A stretch of DNA of 63,677 nt, the filler included, from Parasitella parasitica NRRL 2501 (lineage: Eukaryota; Fungi; Mucoromycota), in the NCBI GenBank assembly GCA_025201805.1. It is 9 parts of 9 records of this genome, joined end to end, with 100 filler letters (N's around TTAATTAATTAA, not from the genome) between each part and the next. Parts side by side here need not be neighbours in the genome. Positions count along the whole stretch, not along the records: positions 1 to 17,042 come from MU619460.1; positions 17,143 to 29,459 come from MU619485.1; 7 more parts are not named here. One strand, written 5' to 3'. Below, one piece after another: positions 12,569 to 26,439 of the stretch (the stretch's first letter is position 1; every line of letters starts with the position of its first letter). The notes below the pieces were generated by a model that did not search any database, was not told the origin of the DNA, and was given only the letters and a program-made list of their open reading frames with translations. The translations under genes were made by a program, and so were the position numbers.

Positions 12569-14509
12569 CTACAAAGCTGTGTTAGGGTTTTTGTTGTAAA
12601 ATGCAATGACATTTGCGCTCTTGTTTGCAATAAACTGTTTAACGCTTTGTTGGCTAGTGGAATTTATTGTGCCTCCAACAGAGTCATGAAATGTTTGATT
12701 ACTTGGTGAAGTTGCATGTTCCATATCAAAGCCAGGAGGAAAGAAATTATCGACACCTGGCAAGCTGGAAATATTCTCCAATGTCAAATTAGTATAGGTA
12801 TATCCAAGACGGATTAATGATTGGTCCCACTCAACATCAGGGTAGATCATGCCAACAAGACTATCGATAAAAGGATTCATGACAGTAGGGTTGATCAGCG
12901 TCTCACTAAACTTCAAAAGGAGGCCTTGATAGTGCTTCAAAAACTCTTGATTTGCAAACAGTTTCTTGGTCAACGGACGAAGCTCAAAACCAGGATGATT
13001 GCTGTAATTTCCCTCGAGCATATATGATTTTAAAAAGATGGAAGAGCCAATAGATGTGTCTAAATCAGCAGGCATATAGATCATACGCTTGGACTCGGGT
13101 TCGCTGTAGACGTAAAAATTGTCGGCCATGGTCATATATGCATCTGAGAAGCCCAGCAAATCCTCAATGGCCATTCTGCGCACAAAGTTATGAGTACAAA
13201 CACATTTACTCGGACTATTTTCACTTACGCTCGAATAAACCCGTCAGTTTCAAGCTTTCTATTCCACTCTTCAACAGAAGTAGCACTGGTAGTTTCATTA
13301 ACAAACTTGGTAAAGTCTCTCAGTTCCTTATAGTCATCCGGCACTGCGTCACTTTTGGTGCCTGCCTTGATCTTATATTGACCCAAGCTATAGAGCGTCA
13401 TGTTATTACCATAATAGCTCAAATCAGAACCATAGAACTCAGTTTGTGTCAAGGAAAAGGCTTGTCCTTGATATAAGTAACCAGATTTATAATTCTCATC
13501 ACCATTAGCAAATTCATTGGCCAGCCATGGATCCTGAAAAGTCTCAATAATGCCATAGAAACCAGCGGGTTTGTTGTTAAGAAAGACACTGTCGAAAATA
13601 GATGTATACATGATAAGTCCCAAAGCATTTCTCGAGCGTATATATAAGCAACATACGTACCGAATATAAGAGTACTCAGTGCATGGAACGCCAACTGACT
13701 TCAATGTGGCAAACGCGACACGTTCACGGATATAAGAGGCATCGTACCCCATTGCACGCAATTTGAACTTTTTGAAGCCGAAAAGCATGTCCTTGCTCTT
13801 TTTTTTCATCTTGATATTATAAGAAAGTTTAGTGATATACCGAGAACTACGACCAGCAACTGAGACTTTGACATTTTGGAATGTTTTTACTTTATCCAAA
13901 CTAATTTGCACAGATAAAAACCATGTACATAAAATGAGTTCCACTAAAAGTGATTTTTTTTTCCATGTGTATAAAGTACCTATAATATGTCATGTTCAAC
14001 TCCACATCCAAATCCCCATCAAGTTGATTTCCGTTCAAGGCTTGAATAGCAGTTGTATTGCCCCAAAGGTGTATAGTAGGGATTTGGTCATAGATGTGTA
14101 GATCAGACTGAATTCGATTTATGACCGAAATGGGATCCATGATTTGAGGTAATAACTCAACATTATAGACATTCATCGTACGATTGAAGAACTCGTTGTA
14201 GGTTTTCTGATCCTGCACAGGCGTCCTAGAGAACGGTTCAGAGACAGCAATTTGCTGTGATTGATCCACAATGGCATAATGGTAGCCTGATTGAGCAACG
14301 GGTGCCTGGCCCTGATACAAAAGACCACCGTCATTCGGTGTGGCTACAAGAGGATACCTCATATCATCTACAACCACAGCAACCAGCATGCTGCTGGTTT
14401 CAGGTGCGGCAATAACGCTGTAAGTAATATTCTGTTGCCGTGCACTAGCTAAGGAAGCCAACAGCAAGGCCGAAGACGCTATTTTTATTCCATTGAGCCA
14501 TTTAATCAT
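12569..14509 (-). CDS. cotH: CotH-family secreted spore-coat kinase-like protein; 4 exons
   Basis: Signal peptide, NEFFNR, GRSSRYITKLSYNIK, KKFKLRAMGYDASYIRERVAF, GFYGIIE, MAIEDLLGFSDAYMTMADNFYVY and MPADLDTSIG. Confidence 0.9.
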
Positions 14510-15394
14510 TAATTTGTGATACTGTAAATGTAGTTACCAATCCGCTTAAAAATCATATATTTTTTTTTTGACGAAAAAGAAAAAAAGGGTCATAAATCGT
14601 TTTGTTTGTTTTAATCAATACTTAAAACAAATGTGAGCCGAGGGTAAGTTTACATCAGTACAATGAGTTCAGCGTGCATTCATAATATGCGTATGTCCTG
14701 CAGTTGTCACGAATCGTGCCGCTGCGGCGTATCAGCATAAAGAAATAGCTTGCATTAGATTACTACTGTATCACTATAATGACACAACGTTTGTATCATG
14801 CGCATCCAGATTATCATCAGCTCTCAACAAAAGTTGGCAATTGTATCTTTACTGACATGTTGAATACAATAATTGAATAATACATATTGGCCGGTGAGAA
14901 TAAGAACCGAAGAGGACACCTTTGGACTCATAGGAGGCTCAGCGTATTTACTTCATTGACCCTGAGCAGGAATCCTAGATAGGTCTTTTTCAGAACAAAG
15001 ATCCAAGTGTAGAAATGCCTACAAAAAAAACTGAAAAACATGACTATATCATTTATGTTTAACTATTATAATAATATCTTATCAGATAAGCTGATTGAAA
15101 AGATGGCTTACAATCTGCGTTTTTCAAAGAATTCAGCAGAGATTCATAGTACAGAACCCGCAGCGGTCCATTTAGGATGGGATTGGGCAAGAAATGCACG
15201 AGAAATAGGGAATATGTGAGGATACACCAGCTATCACAAATCATCGGCGACTTTTAATAAGCAGTTTGCAATCATATACACGTAAATCCGGTAACATAAA
15301 CAAGAGTACTTTGAAAAGTGCTGGAAAACTTTAACATCTGCTATCATTTTCAACCGGCCGCAGTAAATGCAAGCCTTTGATAAAATAGCCAATA

Positions 15395-15428
<34 letters not shown>

Positions 15429-17042
15429 GATCGTCAAAAACTCTTCTTATAACATCATGTCCACCATAAACAAGAACAAGAAGGCGTCGGAGAAAGTAAT
15501 GAGAGAAACGAAAACAACATTAAGCACTTGTATTTTGATCGTACATCAGCCGAAGATTGGAGACTTGGCGATGCTCTATTATATTACCTTGAGCAAAACA
15601 TTCCCATTGACACTGTATATGATTTAACTGAAAAGTCGTTACAAAAGTTTATCAAAGCACATAATGAGCATAAAAGATGCCTAGCGTTGATGCAGGAACT
15701 TACGGTATGAATAACGATTCCCTCTAATCAAGAGTTATACATCACTCAAAAATATGTATCTTATCAGACCATGAAAACAATAAATCAAAGTCTAGCTACA
15801 ACAACAACATCAAGAGCATCTTTAACGCCAGTATCTACTGAAACATCAACTTCGTCCTCTTCAGCAAAGGTTGCAGATTTAATAAACAACTTTGGAAGCA
15901 TTAGCCAAACCAACAACATTAGTCAACTAGTTAATAAATGATTAATCAAGACAACTTTTTAAAATGTAATCAATTTCCTTATTTAGGGAAAGCGAAAAAG
16001 CAGTGCAAAGTCTGGTAAGCTACAAGTAGATGTTTGTGAATAGAATATGGTTGTATTTACTAACTATGTAATTAATTCTATATCCAATAAAGGTAATAAA
16101 ATAAGTTGAATTTATATTAGTAGATTTATAACAAGATTACTTTTATAAATTTTATGAATTTTTAGACCTACTGCTGAAACTTTCTTTTTTTTTTTTTTTT
16201 GTAAAGACCCACAAGAGCTTAAATTCATGCCCCAGTTCATGCGTAAGTTCGCAAGAGGCATGAATGGCATTAACAATAATATTGATACCGTACAAAGCTT
16301 AATAAATAAGAAAATGAGATAAAGGAAACGCTTGAAGGATCTGTGAAATTAATTTAATCCTGTCTAAGCGCTGCTGCAAATGCAGTGGGCGATATATTCA
16401 GGAAGGTGCGCTCTGAAGAAGAAGCCTTGGCGTTGTGGTTTGATGCGGAGATGAGGAGGGTCGCGACGTGGGGTCAATCCTGGGATCGGGGGTGGCTTTT
16501 GAAGAGCATACTGTGTACTCATGTATTTGTACCAACGTATTCGAGTGCTACTGTGACCCCAGTTGAATACTCTAAATTTTGAAGTTCCAATTGTTATATT
16601 TCTCTAGCAAAGCGGTTTTTTCGATTTAAAGCAAGTGGTATCGTGTTCTACGACCTGGAATTAGGGTTTAGAACACTTTTGAGCAGTTTTAAAAATGGAA
16701 AGAAAATCTCGAAAATCTCGACAATTTTGCCTGTACTTGCAAGGGCCAAAAAGCTTGTTTTCACAAACATCGACTTTTGACCCCAAAAATGGCATTTTCT
16801 ATTAAAGCGTTTCTAGGCTCAAAAAAATTGTAAGTATCCATTTTGTTATAAACAAATCTTGAACATTTTGTTTACTATACAAAATTTGCACTTTTTTCAG
16901 AAATTGTAAAATACAGTTTTTTGCTAATAATTCTATCAAATTTTGCCCTATAAACTTGTAAGTAGTACTATTAAATTGATCATTTTAATGGCTATATAAA
17001 ACATTAGAAACACAAGTGATACATATATAGTGAATTGTTCCA

Positions 17043-17142
17043 NNNNNNNNNNNNNNNNNNNNNNNNNNNNNNNNNNNNNNNNNNNNTTAATTAATTAANN
17101 NNNNNNNNNNNNNNNNNNNNNNNNNNNNNNNNNNNNNNNNNN
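17043..17142. other. Artificial assembly linker N44-TTAATTAATTAA-N44 (also at 29460, 47607, 53257, 54963, 56704, 59729 and 62210; plain N gap at 51689-52136)
   Basis: Identical 100-bp spacer with stops in all six frames. Confidence 0.97.
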
Positions 17143-17263
17143 AGAAAGTAAAATAAAATATGAGCAATTTTTTCCTCAGCTTGTGCGAATAATTTCTGAA
17201 AATAGTGTATAAGGCTAAAAAAAGCTTGCAAAAAAAGTAGCCTTAAATCGAGCGGCTACTGTA
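17143..17263. mobile_element. Terminal fragment (TIR + TA) of a pogo/Tigger-family DNA transposon, truncated by the gap
   Basis: gcttgcaaaaaaagtagccttaaatcgagcggctactg|TA (to 17261) is identical to the terminus beside the pogo transposase at 61473-61510. The TIR reads CAGTAG on the minus strand. Confidence 0.8.
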
Positions 17264-17492
17264 TGTGCCAATTGCATCTCTTTCTCAAAGGATTTGAATA
17301 CTACTTTTGCCCTTTATCGTCTTTGCCTTTATTAATTTGAGCAGTTTATTTAACCAGAAAAAAGAAAAAAAAAAGTCAACAATGAACAGCATATGGCTTG
17401 GAACATGTCAAGAGTAGCAGTAATCTTGACAACAAACAAACAAACAGATTTATATATGTACAATTTGACTATCATGGAGAGATAACAAGGTA

Positions 17493-20375
17493 TCAACGGG
17501 AAAACGGAGGAACCCCGATTAGAACACTATGTTCGGAAAATGGAGGAATAAAGTAAAATCCGGCAACCAACACTACATAACTTAGTATCAAGATACTTCC
17601 CTTAAAGTAATTAGCTTTGCCTTCTTGGTAAGTATAAGTCAGCAAGAACACAGAGAAAATAACAGAAATCACATCCCATCGAGGAAACACAAGACTGAAC
17701 GTGAACTGTGCCAACTCTTCTTTTCCATAGTTGTACCAGACAGAAAACGCAACCATGGCGGGAATCTGCAGTAAACAAACTTGCAACGCATATGCAGAGC
17801 CAATTTCCATACTAAGCACAATATTACCATACAAAGCAAAGGAGATCGCATTCATGAATTCAGTAATGTTGGGCACAAGCGCGAATAAGGTCAAGCCCAG
17901 GAATTTCTCGTCCATCGGATGGTCTTTCATCACTTCATCAACAGTGTCTACCAAGATTTCGGCAATGATCGAATACAACAAGGTACATCCAAACAATATA
18001 ACAAAACTTTTCGTTTTACTCCAGTTGGGTGAATCATGGCCCGCTGCTTCTTCATCATCACCTTCCTCTTCGTTGGCGTGAACATATGCCAAAGGAGGGG
18101 GAGGTAGTGGTGCAGGTGCAGGTGCAGGAGCGGGGGGAGACGTAGGATTGGCAGAGGTAGATGCGCCTGTAGCATTGACAATGGGGATATGAGAGTTACT
18201 AGAGGCCATGGAAGCATACGAAATGTGCGGTCCCTCTTGAGGCAATTGTTCGGACGATGACACTATTATATGCGCAGGGTTATACTGTACACTACTCGAG
18301 AAGCCATGTGTTTGTGCTTCAGGATCTCCTTGATTTTGACTGTCTTGTGGATGATGAATAACGGCAGGAGCATGGTGCATGAGTTGAGATATGATGTGTG
18401 TAGGCATCAGTCGCTGGTAGTAAGTAGGTGCGGCGTTTTTATCATGGCCTCCTTGAGTGTTCTTCCAGACCATGTCAACATGAGTGTGCAAGCTGAAAAC
18501 AAGACCTATAATATAAGCCTGTGCAATATAGTCGGCACACACAAGTCGAATTTCCTTTTCTTTTTTCCTACTAAATACTTACCGAAGGCAGAATAGCTGC
18601 ACAGAGCCACATGAGTGGTTTTACGCTGTTTTGGTAGACTGGATCATGAGTCGGATCCAGCTGATCATAATAGCACCTTGAGCATGCGATTGTGCCATTA
18701 TCTGGTAAATCTGGACATCCCATACATTTCAATTCAAACTATACAAACTGGCTGTTAGATCAAGGTGAAGACTTGGCGAATACAAACATTATCTACTCAC
18801 GGAACCAAACATTTGATAGAACAATGTAGGTGTAAGTGCACCGATGATGGCCATAATCAACATGGTGGATGTAACACCAGCACTTTTGGCGTTGAATCTC
18901 TGCTCCTTTTGCTTGACAGCACCACTCACCATGGAGCAGCCAGGCATCAGCAACACGCCAGCCAAAAAGCTTCCAATCAGTGCGCCTTCCACTAGCGCAC
19001 TTTTACCGCCGATCAAGGCAACTGCGTACAAAATGATTTCAATAATACTACCAAACGTAGCATTTATGACGGCACCGACGCCCATACTACTCTGAGCAGA
19101 CACACTGGAGACGCCCATACCAATGAAATATGATAATGGGATAACCGAAGCCAAAGAAAGAGCAAAAACAATCGAAGAGGATGTGATGAAAATATCAGGC
19201 AAATGCCGCTTGAGGATCCAATCATCGAAAATAACAAAAAATACCAATGGCATCAGGTTGATGAATATAATATTAATGCCATCAAACGTGTACTTGTAGT
19301 ATTGCAGCCCAATCGCTTGATAAGTACATAATAAAATAACGGATGGTTTGCCTGACACACTTGCTGCAATTTGAGAAAGACCAGAAGGACTTGACTTGAA
19401 CCGAAGACTAAGAGGATGGCGATGTAAATGACGTACAAGGATATAATTCAATTTTGCCATGGGTATTGAAACAACACACATCCAGCAAATAGCTGAAACT
19501 AATAGCAGCAAAGGGGCTGTACACATGAAGATCAATAGTCAGTAAGTAGCGCCTCCATATCATCAGGAAATAGTAACCCTACCAATAAATGCAAAAAATA
19601 TGAGGTAATAGATGCATCCCGCAGGCCCTAACCGAATTGTGTGCAATACAGATTCAAACACATTCTTGTTGGATCGTTTAGGCTTCTTCCCAAGCAGGCC
19701 AGTCTCTTCATCACTCTCCTCAGTGTCACTTTCCAACATGACGTTAGAGGAAGCCCCGCCGATTTGGGTTGGTGTGATTTCCACCTGACGTTCTACATAA
19801 CGGCCAAAGGGCCATAGTAAATAAAAGGCGAGTTCTCGCAATACTCGCCCATAATCTCTGCCACCGAAAGGTATAAACGCCATAACAACAGAAACGAGCA
19901 CTATGAACAAAGACAGCCACCAACCGAATAATATCAACCACAAGATGTTTCCAGGATTCAGGAATAAATCAGGCGTAGAGGAAGGGGAGGAATGAAGTGC
20001 TCTGTTGGCACTACGAACAACGGATCGAGATTTTTTGTATAAAGCAGGCTTCCATATAGGCAAACCAAATGGATGGCTTTTGTTCATTGCCTAGCGATTT
20101 TACATTAGTGATCCCGAAGCAAGTGATTCATACCCACCGTCTTATACCTCCTGCCGATCCTTTAAAGTCATTTCTCTCTCTATGCTATTGACTGACGCAC
20201 TCTCGTGGTCATTGTCTTGATCATCTGGATGCATTTCACCATCGTCGTCCTCGATAATATCATCGTTTGTCAGGGTACTGCTTCTTCGTTGCGAAGAATA
20301 TGAAAGAGAGGGTTCCAGACGTTGACTCTTAGATAAAAAAGAAGATGTGGATCTTTTCAATTTGGGTGGGCCCAT
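17493..20375 (-). CDS. Cation/H+ exchanger (CaCA/CAX family), Vnx1-like; multi-exon
   Basis: HPFGLPIWKPALYKKSRSV, GNILWLILFGWW (YccF-like), GAVINATFGSIIE, GSFLAGVLLMPG, EQRFNAKSAGV, LVPNITEFMNAISFA and EGKANYFKGSIL. Confidence 0.9.
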
Positions 20376-20512
20376 CACTCTATTTTTTTTTCCTTCTTTG
20401 TTTTGTTTTTTTCGATTGCTATGCGATAAAGTTGTAAAAGAAGAAAAGGAGATTTAAAGATCTGGAGCGAAAAAAACAAAACAAATAGATACATCGTGTT
20501 GCTGGGATTTTT

Positions 20513-22607
20513 TTATTGTTCCGTGATTTTGGACATTGCTTTCTCATAATCAGGCACCAATTCTTTGAGCTTGTCCTTTTCTAACTTTAATGTCTGCACT
20601 TGGCTCAAATGTCCAGCATGACGCAATATTTCCTTAAAATGTCGAGCCTCCTGCATTTCAACCAGTGTGTATGCTTCACCTTCTCTACCCGCACGTGCAG
20701 TACGACCTACACGATGAATGTACTTGTCCATATAGTATGGCACATCATAAGAAATGACAAATTCAACAGAATCCAGATCAATACCACGGCCAATTAAATC
20801 AGAACAGACCAGTCTATCAATTGCATAATAAACTAACATGAGTTCCCATGGAAACCAACAAGGTATTTAAACTTACAAATCAATCTGCCCTTGTTTAAAT
20901 TGTTTGAGCATCTGTTTCCTTTGTATAGGGTTGAGGTCGCTTGAATATTCCTTGACTCGGATGCGCTTCTCTTGTGGCTGTGTCGATTCGTAGGCTTCAA
21001 TAAGCGTGCACAGCTGCTGTGTAGATTCGACTGATTTAGTAAAGCATAAGCCTGATTTGATACCCATTTGGTGTAATAAGTAGATGACCATGAGTGGCTT
21101 TTTATCAGTGGGACAGATTGTCATGTATTCTTTGAGCCCTTCAGGAGTAGTGAACTCTTGCTTGATTTGGCTGCCATCTTCGTTCTGCACTGAAATGTAT
21201 TCAGGCTCATTTAAATGTAATCCAGCAATTTTGGCAGGATTTTTAGTCAACGTGGCCGAGAACAAAAGTTTTTGAATCTACACATACATTAGCGTCATAT
21301 ATGATGAGCAATCATAAACAAACAAAAAAAAAACCACTTACTGAAGGCGCTTTAGGGAGATCGAAATCTGAAGTAGGCAATGAGTAAAATGACTTCAGGA
21401 AGCTCGGTGCAACAGCATCTGCTTCAATCACACCATGGTGATCGTATTTGAAGTCCAGAGCTGGAGCATCGTGTTTTTGTTCTGGCCGGGTAGCTAATAG
21501 TATTTGATTTAACCAGTCATTGTAGCTTTGATTTAGCAATCGATCAGCTTCATCAATGACCAAAAAACGAAGATGCTGAAGCGTGAAATTGGGTGTGGAA
21601 GTCAAGTGATCCATTAATCGACCAGGTGTAGTTATCAAAATGTCCACTCTGCTTTTGCCACCAGGATAGTTGCCTGTATTCCCTACTAATGAATTCTGCT
21701 CATGTGAAAACGACTGCTGACCGCCAGCAGCTGCCACTACTAAATTTGTGCCCTTTACAAATGCATCAAAGGTTTCCTTTACTTGTGTCACCAAATCTCT
21801 AGTTGGCAGCACAACTACGGCTCTTAGTCTCGTCACCACTCTCTTGGACAGAATATTCACAATCGGTAGAACGTACGCCAATGTTTTGCCACTGCCTGTG
21901 GGTGCAGATATGCAAAGATCACCTGGAACTCTTCGGGTATCGTATAATGCTTGTCTTCTTAGAAATACAGGAATGACAGCCATTTGAACTATTCATTGAA
22001 ATTTTATCAGCAAAAAAAAAAAAAACTATCCGCATTAACTGATTTCACAAAAAATTTTACCTGCAAATAATGAAGATAATCCTAGGTCTTGACATCGCTC
22101 GATCAAATGCGACGAAAGACCTGCCTTGTCCAAATCACAAGAATCCTTGGGCGACACAACAGTAGGCTGCAACAGCCATTCAGGAATACCCATACTCTTT
22201 AGTAGCTTCACTTCCTCTTTGCTGTGTTTGCTCTTGGGTCCAAGCATGTTGGGAAAAGCTTCCAATGCTGGGACATCCTTGTCTTTAATCACAGGATCCA
22301 CTTGGATTGATTCAATCTCTTGCTCGACCTCTTGATTTTCTTCATCCCTTTCTTTCTCTTCCTCCCCATCCTCCTTCACACCCTCCTGTTCGTTTTTTAT
22401 GACTTGGATCTTTTGTTTTTTCTCTTTGAATGGCTTTTCTGCATTTTTAGGCTTCTTCTCAGTGTTGTCGGTCGCTTCTGTTGTGTCACTTTTTCTCTTC
22501 TTACTGCTGACACGAGCATTGAGCTTATTGAGTCTTTCTTGTTTCTTTTCGAGCGAACGGGTGTCTTTCTCTTGATCTTCGCCGGTGTATCTTGCAATCG
22601 AAAACAT
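20513..22607 (-). CDS. DBP6: DEAD-box RNA helicase Dbp6/DDX51 (60S biogenesis); an alternative ATG lies at 22625
   Basis: Q motif (LFA/VQMAVIP), [44 protein letters not shown] and [12 protein letters not shown]. Confidence 0.9.
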
Positions 22608-22739
22608 ATTTAACGGTGTCAACATTGCAAATCATCGCATTTTGGGCATTCAAATAAAAAAATTTCGAGAGTCTAACCAGTCACTGAATGCAGGATCAAA
22701 CATGCAGATATGAAAATGTGTCAATTGATAGCACAGTTT

Positions 22740-23738
22740 TTATTTAGGTAAAAGAGGAGAGCATTCATCATGGCTACCATCGTTTTCCAATGGATCGGAT
22801 ATAGTCTCTGTGCGAGTGGTATTATTGGCATTATCAGCCGTTGGCTTTGAATAAGTGGGTGACACTTTAACAATTGTATCGACAATCCAAAATTGGATGA
22901 TATTCATGATTAAAGGGAATCTACCATAGTACACAAAGTTAGCAGACAGACACAAAATGGATATCCCTCCACTTACATCAGCATGACAAAAATGACCTGG
23001 TATCTATAGTTTCCTTTTGTCCATCTCAGCACCCATTCGCCCCAAGCAAACAGGAATGGCAAGTAGCGGAACATACCATACACACATAATTTCATCAGAG
23101 ATTCTGCCAATACAAAGATGAATGTCTGCTTGAGCCAGGGGAGCAGCATGTTCTTTAAAGGCGGAGAGCCGTAATGCCCCGTCTTTATTTGCTTTACGTG
23201 TAATTTCTCCAATGCCTTTTGAATCAAGCGTAACCAACACCACAGAATGAGCACACCCACTGTCGTATCCACAGCAACGTTCAAAAAATACCAGACACAA
23301 AGATTGGATTTAGGCTTTCCGTTACGGGGCCTTCCAGCAATGTAACTTATGGCCAAGTTCAAAAAATGTATGACTCCTGCTCCCAAAAACTGTTTGCTTA
23401 CATCCAACGCCCTATAACAGAATTTAGAAACGTTTCAGGAGTGCTTCAAGTTCTCTATTTTTGTACCACACAATGACTGGTCGCTGTGGCCTCTCTCTCG
23501 ATCGTTTGTAAAAAAGCGTCAAGAGGGCTGACGTTGCCAATGTTAATTGAACTAGAATAGCAAAGGAATCCAGTAATTTGCAGCCTTCATCGTCTGGATG
23601 GGGGCGATGATGTGGGGGCACTGGTGATGGAGCAGGCTCTTGGGACGGTGGCAGTTCGCCGCTTTGCAGGGTGTAGCAAGCCTCTGTTGTGAAAGCCTTA
23701 CCCATATAGAGCAGGCTTTGTATTGACAAGCTGGTCAT
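22740..23738 (-). CDS. STIMATE/TMEM110 (yeast YPL162C-like) multi-pass membrane protein
   Basis: CKLLDSFAILVQ, KRSRERPQRP, DVSKQ, CVWYFLNVAVDTTVG, GHYGSPP and FVML/FPLIMNIIQFWIVDTIVK. Confidence 0.85.
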
Positions 23739-24525
23739 GGTAATAACGAATAGAAAGAGAAAGGGAAAGAATGAATTGAAACTTGGAGTTCATTTTGTGG
23801 GTGCGAGAGAGTGCAAAAATGCCGCGAACAATAAATAGAAATGCTGAGACTGGGTCATCCAAAAAGAAAAGGAGATCGAGAACAGAATGGGAAGGTCACT
23901 ATTATAGGAAAGCCGTTCAATGCAACACGTGTAAAAACACCACTGCCATTTGACACCCTTGTTTATATGTAGTATAATGATCGACCACATTTTGGATGAA
24001 GGACCATGCCAAGCACTTCTTTTGATACTTGACTGATTATCAATTTCTGTCTTGGATTTTTTTTTTTTTACTATGGATATCTGATGTGCGCTTTCTCCAA
24101 GCATGTTTAAAAAGCCTATAAAACGAGCAACACGCATGAAAATTCTCAATTGAAGCTATCCCAGGATTTGTCTTGTATCAATTGAAATGAAAACAAGTCT
24201 TCATGAACTGGTCATCCATGTGATATTTACACTTTTTTTTTTCCAGTGGATCTACGTGATTTTAATAATATTGGCTACACCTGAATGGCGTGTAGTTTAG
24301 ACATGCCACTGTGATTGAGGATTTTAAGTGGCATACGGTACGACACCGCAGCATAAGCCATTACATGTATATTGCAAGCGTCTAGAAGCGGTATTCACTT
24401 GAAAAATTGACATGTAGCTCGACTACATACATCCATATACATACAAACAAACAAAGAACTGAATTGCGAGCTACACGGTACATGCATACATATATTTACA
24501 ATATAATAAAAAAGAGTTTTCTACC

Positions 24526-25986
24526 TTAAACAAAAACAGTTTCTGGCTTTTGTTTGCCATCGCCATTTTCAACGATATCTTTAATATGGAGTTGCTTTTT
24601 AAAACTTGCGGTTGACAAAGGTAGCTCCAAATCTGTGCTTGATGAATCACTGCTGTTGCTGCTCATTTCTTCATAATATTTCGCGGCTTCTGCAGCCACT
24701 TCCTCGTCCTCTTCCTCAATTACAGCCTCGAGGCCTTCGCTGGATCTTCGCATAGATGAGTAATCACTGAAGCTTCTGCTTGTACTGCTGTAGCTCATGC
24801 TAGAGCTTGCTTGATTATAATAGCTTTCGTTCTCTACTTTCAAGGGCCTAGTAGCACTTTTTGGGCGAATACCGCGAACACATCGATAGCAAAAGTCTGC
24901 AAATGTGATGTCTGCACGGTTCAATACCCTCTTGTCTTTGACAACTTCTCTGAGGCAGAACCAGTCATGAACACAGTTTTCCAAGACAACTTCCCAAATC
25001 ACGCCGTCGTTTTCTGCCTTCATGGCAAGATCTAGAGCGTCATCAAGCAAAGTCTCCTTCTCACCAACAAACATCAGGACATTTTCTGGCAAGAATTCTT
25101 TGAACCCTGTTTTGAGGTTAGCTATGCCAAGCACCTGGTTGGCGTCAGGGGGAGCATTGGGCTCTGGTGGCTCAAAGTAATCTTTCTTGATTATTTTGGC
25201 TGTATACTGAGAAATGTAGTCGTACTTGACATTCGTTTTCCATGAATCAGACTTGGTTTGATCTGTAACCAAAGGAGAGCTGAACATGGCGCCTGCTGGT
25301 CTCGGCAATTGATTCAGCTTGGGTATGTTTTGGTCTTCATTGTTCGGATCGTCGTCAGTAACGATTTCAAACATGCTGGGATCATGTGTGATAAAAAGCA
25401 TTTCCAGAATCAAGGAAGCGCCACTCGAATCTCCCGTTACTATGATCTTTTGTGTGTCAATATTGAGTGTTCTTGTCAGATGCTCATAAGCTCGAACAAT
25501 ATCTTCAACTGGGCTGGGAAATTTGTATTCTGGCGCAAGACGATGATCAACGCTCATGATAATTGCCTCCATGCCGTAACTGTGCTTGAGGACTTTAATC
25601 CATTCGATCCAAGTATCCATAAACATAGTACACGTTCCAATCCGAAATCCTCCACCTAATATCGGCAATATTATTAGCAATCATCTCTGTGACATAGATG
25701 TACTCATGTACGCACCATGAACATTGAACAGAACAATGTCGCAGTCGTTAATGCGCTTCATCAGAGAGATTTTATCTAATTTGCGAACGTTTTCGCCAAT
25801 CCAACAACCAGACCAATCGCCATTCCACGGTACTTTATGAATCCATGATTTATGTGATGACCTAGGTTTAACGAGATCATGCAAAAGTAATCTAGCAGCA
25901 GGGCTCGGCAAGCTATATACTTTGCGAAGGAACTTGATCGTCGCTCCAGGTGGTAATTTGTGGAGTGCAACTCTTAATTGATTCAT
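24526..25986 (-). CDS. Alpha/beta hydrolase, hormone-sensitive-lipase (Abhydrolase_3) family; 2 exons
   Basis: HG/GGF oxyanion motif split by an intron, DHRLAPEYKFP, GDSSG nucleophile, GEKETLLDD and HDW. Confidence 0.88.
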
Positions 25987-26439
25987 TGTTATATATATTT
26001 GAAGAAGGAATAAGGCTCTATATCAATTGACGATAATTTGAACTTTATACTGAAACACCCCAAACAATCCGCCCTCTCATGCAATGTGAAATTCTCATTC
26101 TAAAGCTCTGACCCTGTAAAGTAACCAGGAAACTGTTACACCTTGGGTTACATTACTTGACAAACTCACGAATACTAGAATAATAAAAATAGAATGAAGA
26201 TTTAATCGCCTGTGCTACTCGAACTTTTTTTGATTTTGTTCTGTGAGTACATTGTCCAAGGCCCAATCGGTTAAGCTAGTATAAAAGTCAATCCGCATTT
26301 TCTATAACCGATTTTGCGCCATACAGTCAAACTTATATGGAAAATTGGCGTTTCTCAAAAATAATATTGGCCTAAAGTCAAAAATAAATGTCTGCGAATA
26401 GTTTTCTCAACTTCCCAATTTAAAGTAGCAGGAATATCA

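Noticed and set aside
16365-16500. Possible tRNA or other structured RNA
   Set aside because: No cloverleaf or convincing A/B boxes could be identified by eye.
17087-17098. Recurrent TTAATTAATTAA motif (PacI-like site) at eight positions
   Set aside because: Always centred in N44...N44, so it is an artificial contig linker rather than biology.
26209-26220. CTGTGCT as the left TIR of the Tc1 relic
   Set aside because: Only 7 bp match the putative right end, and there is no flanking TA.
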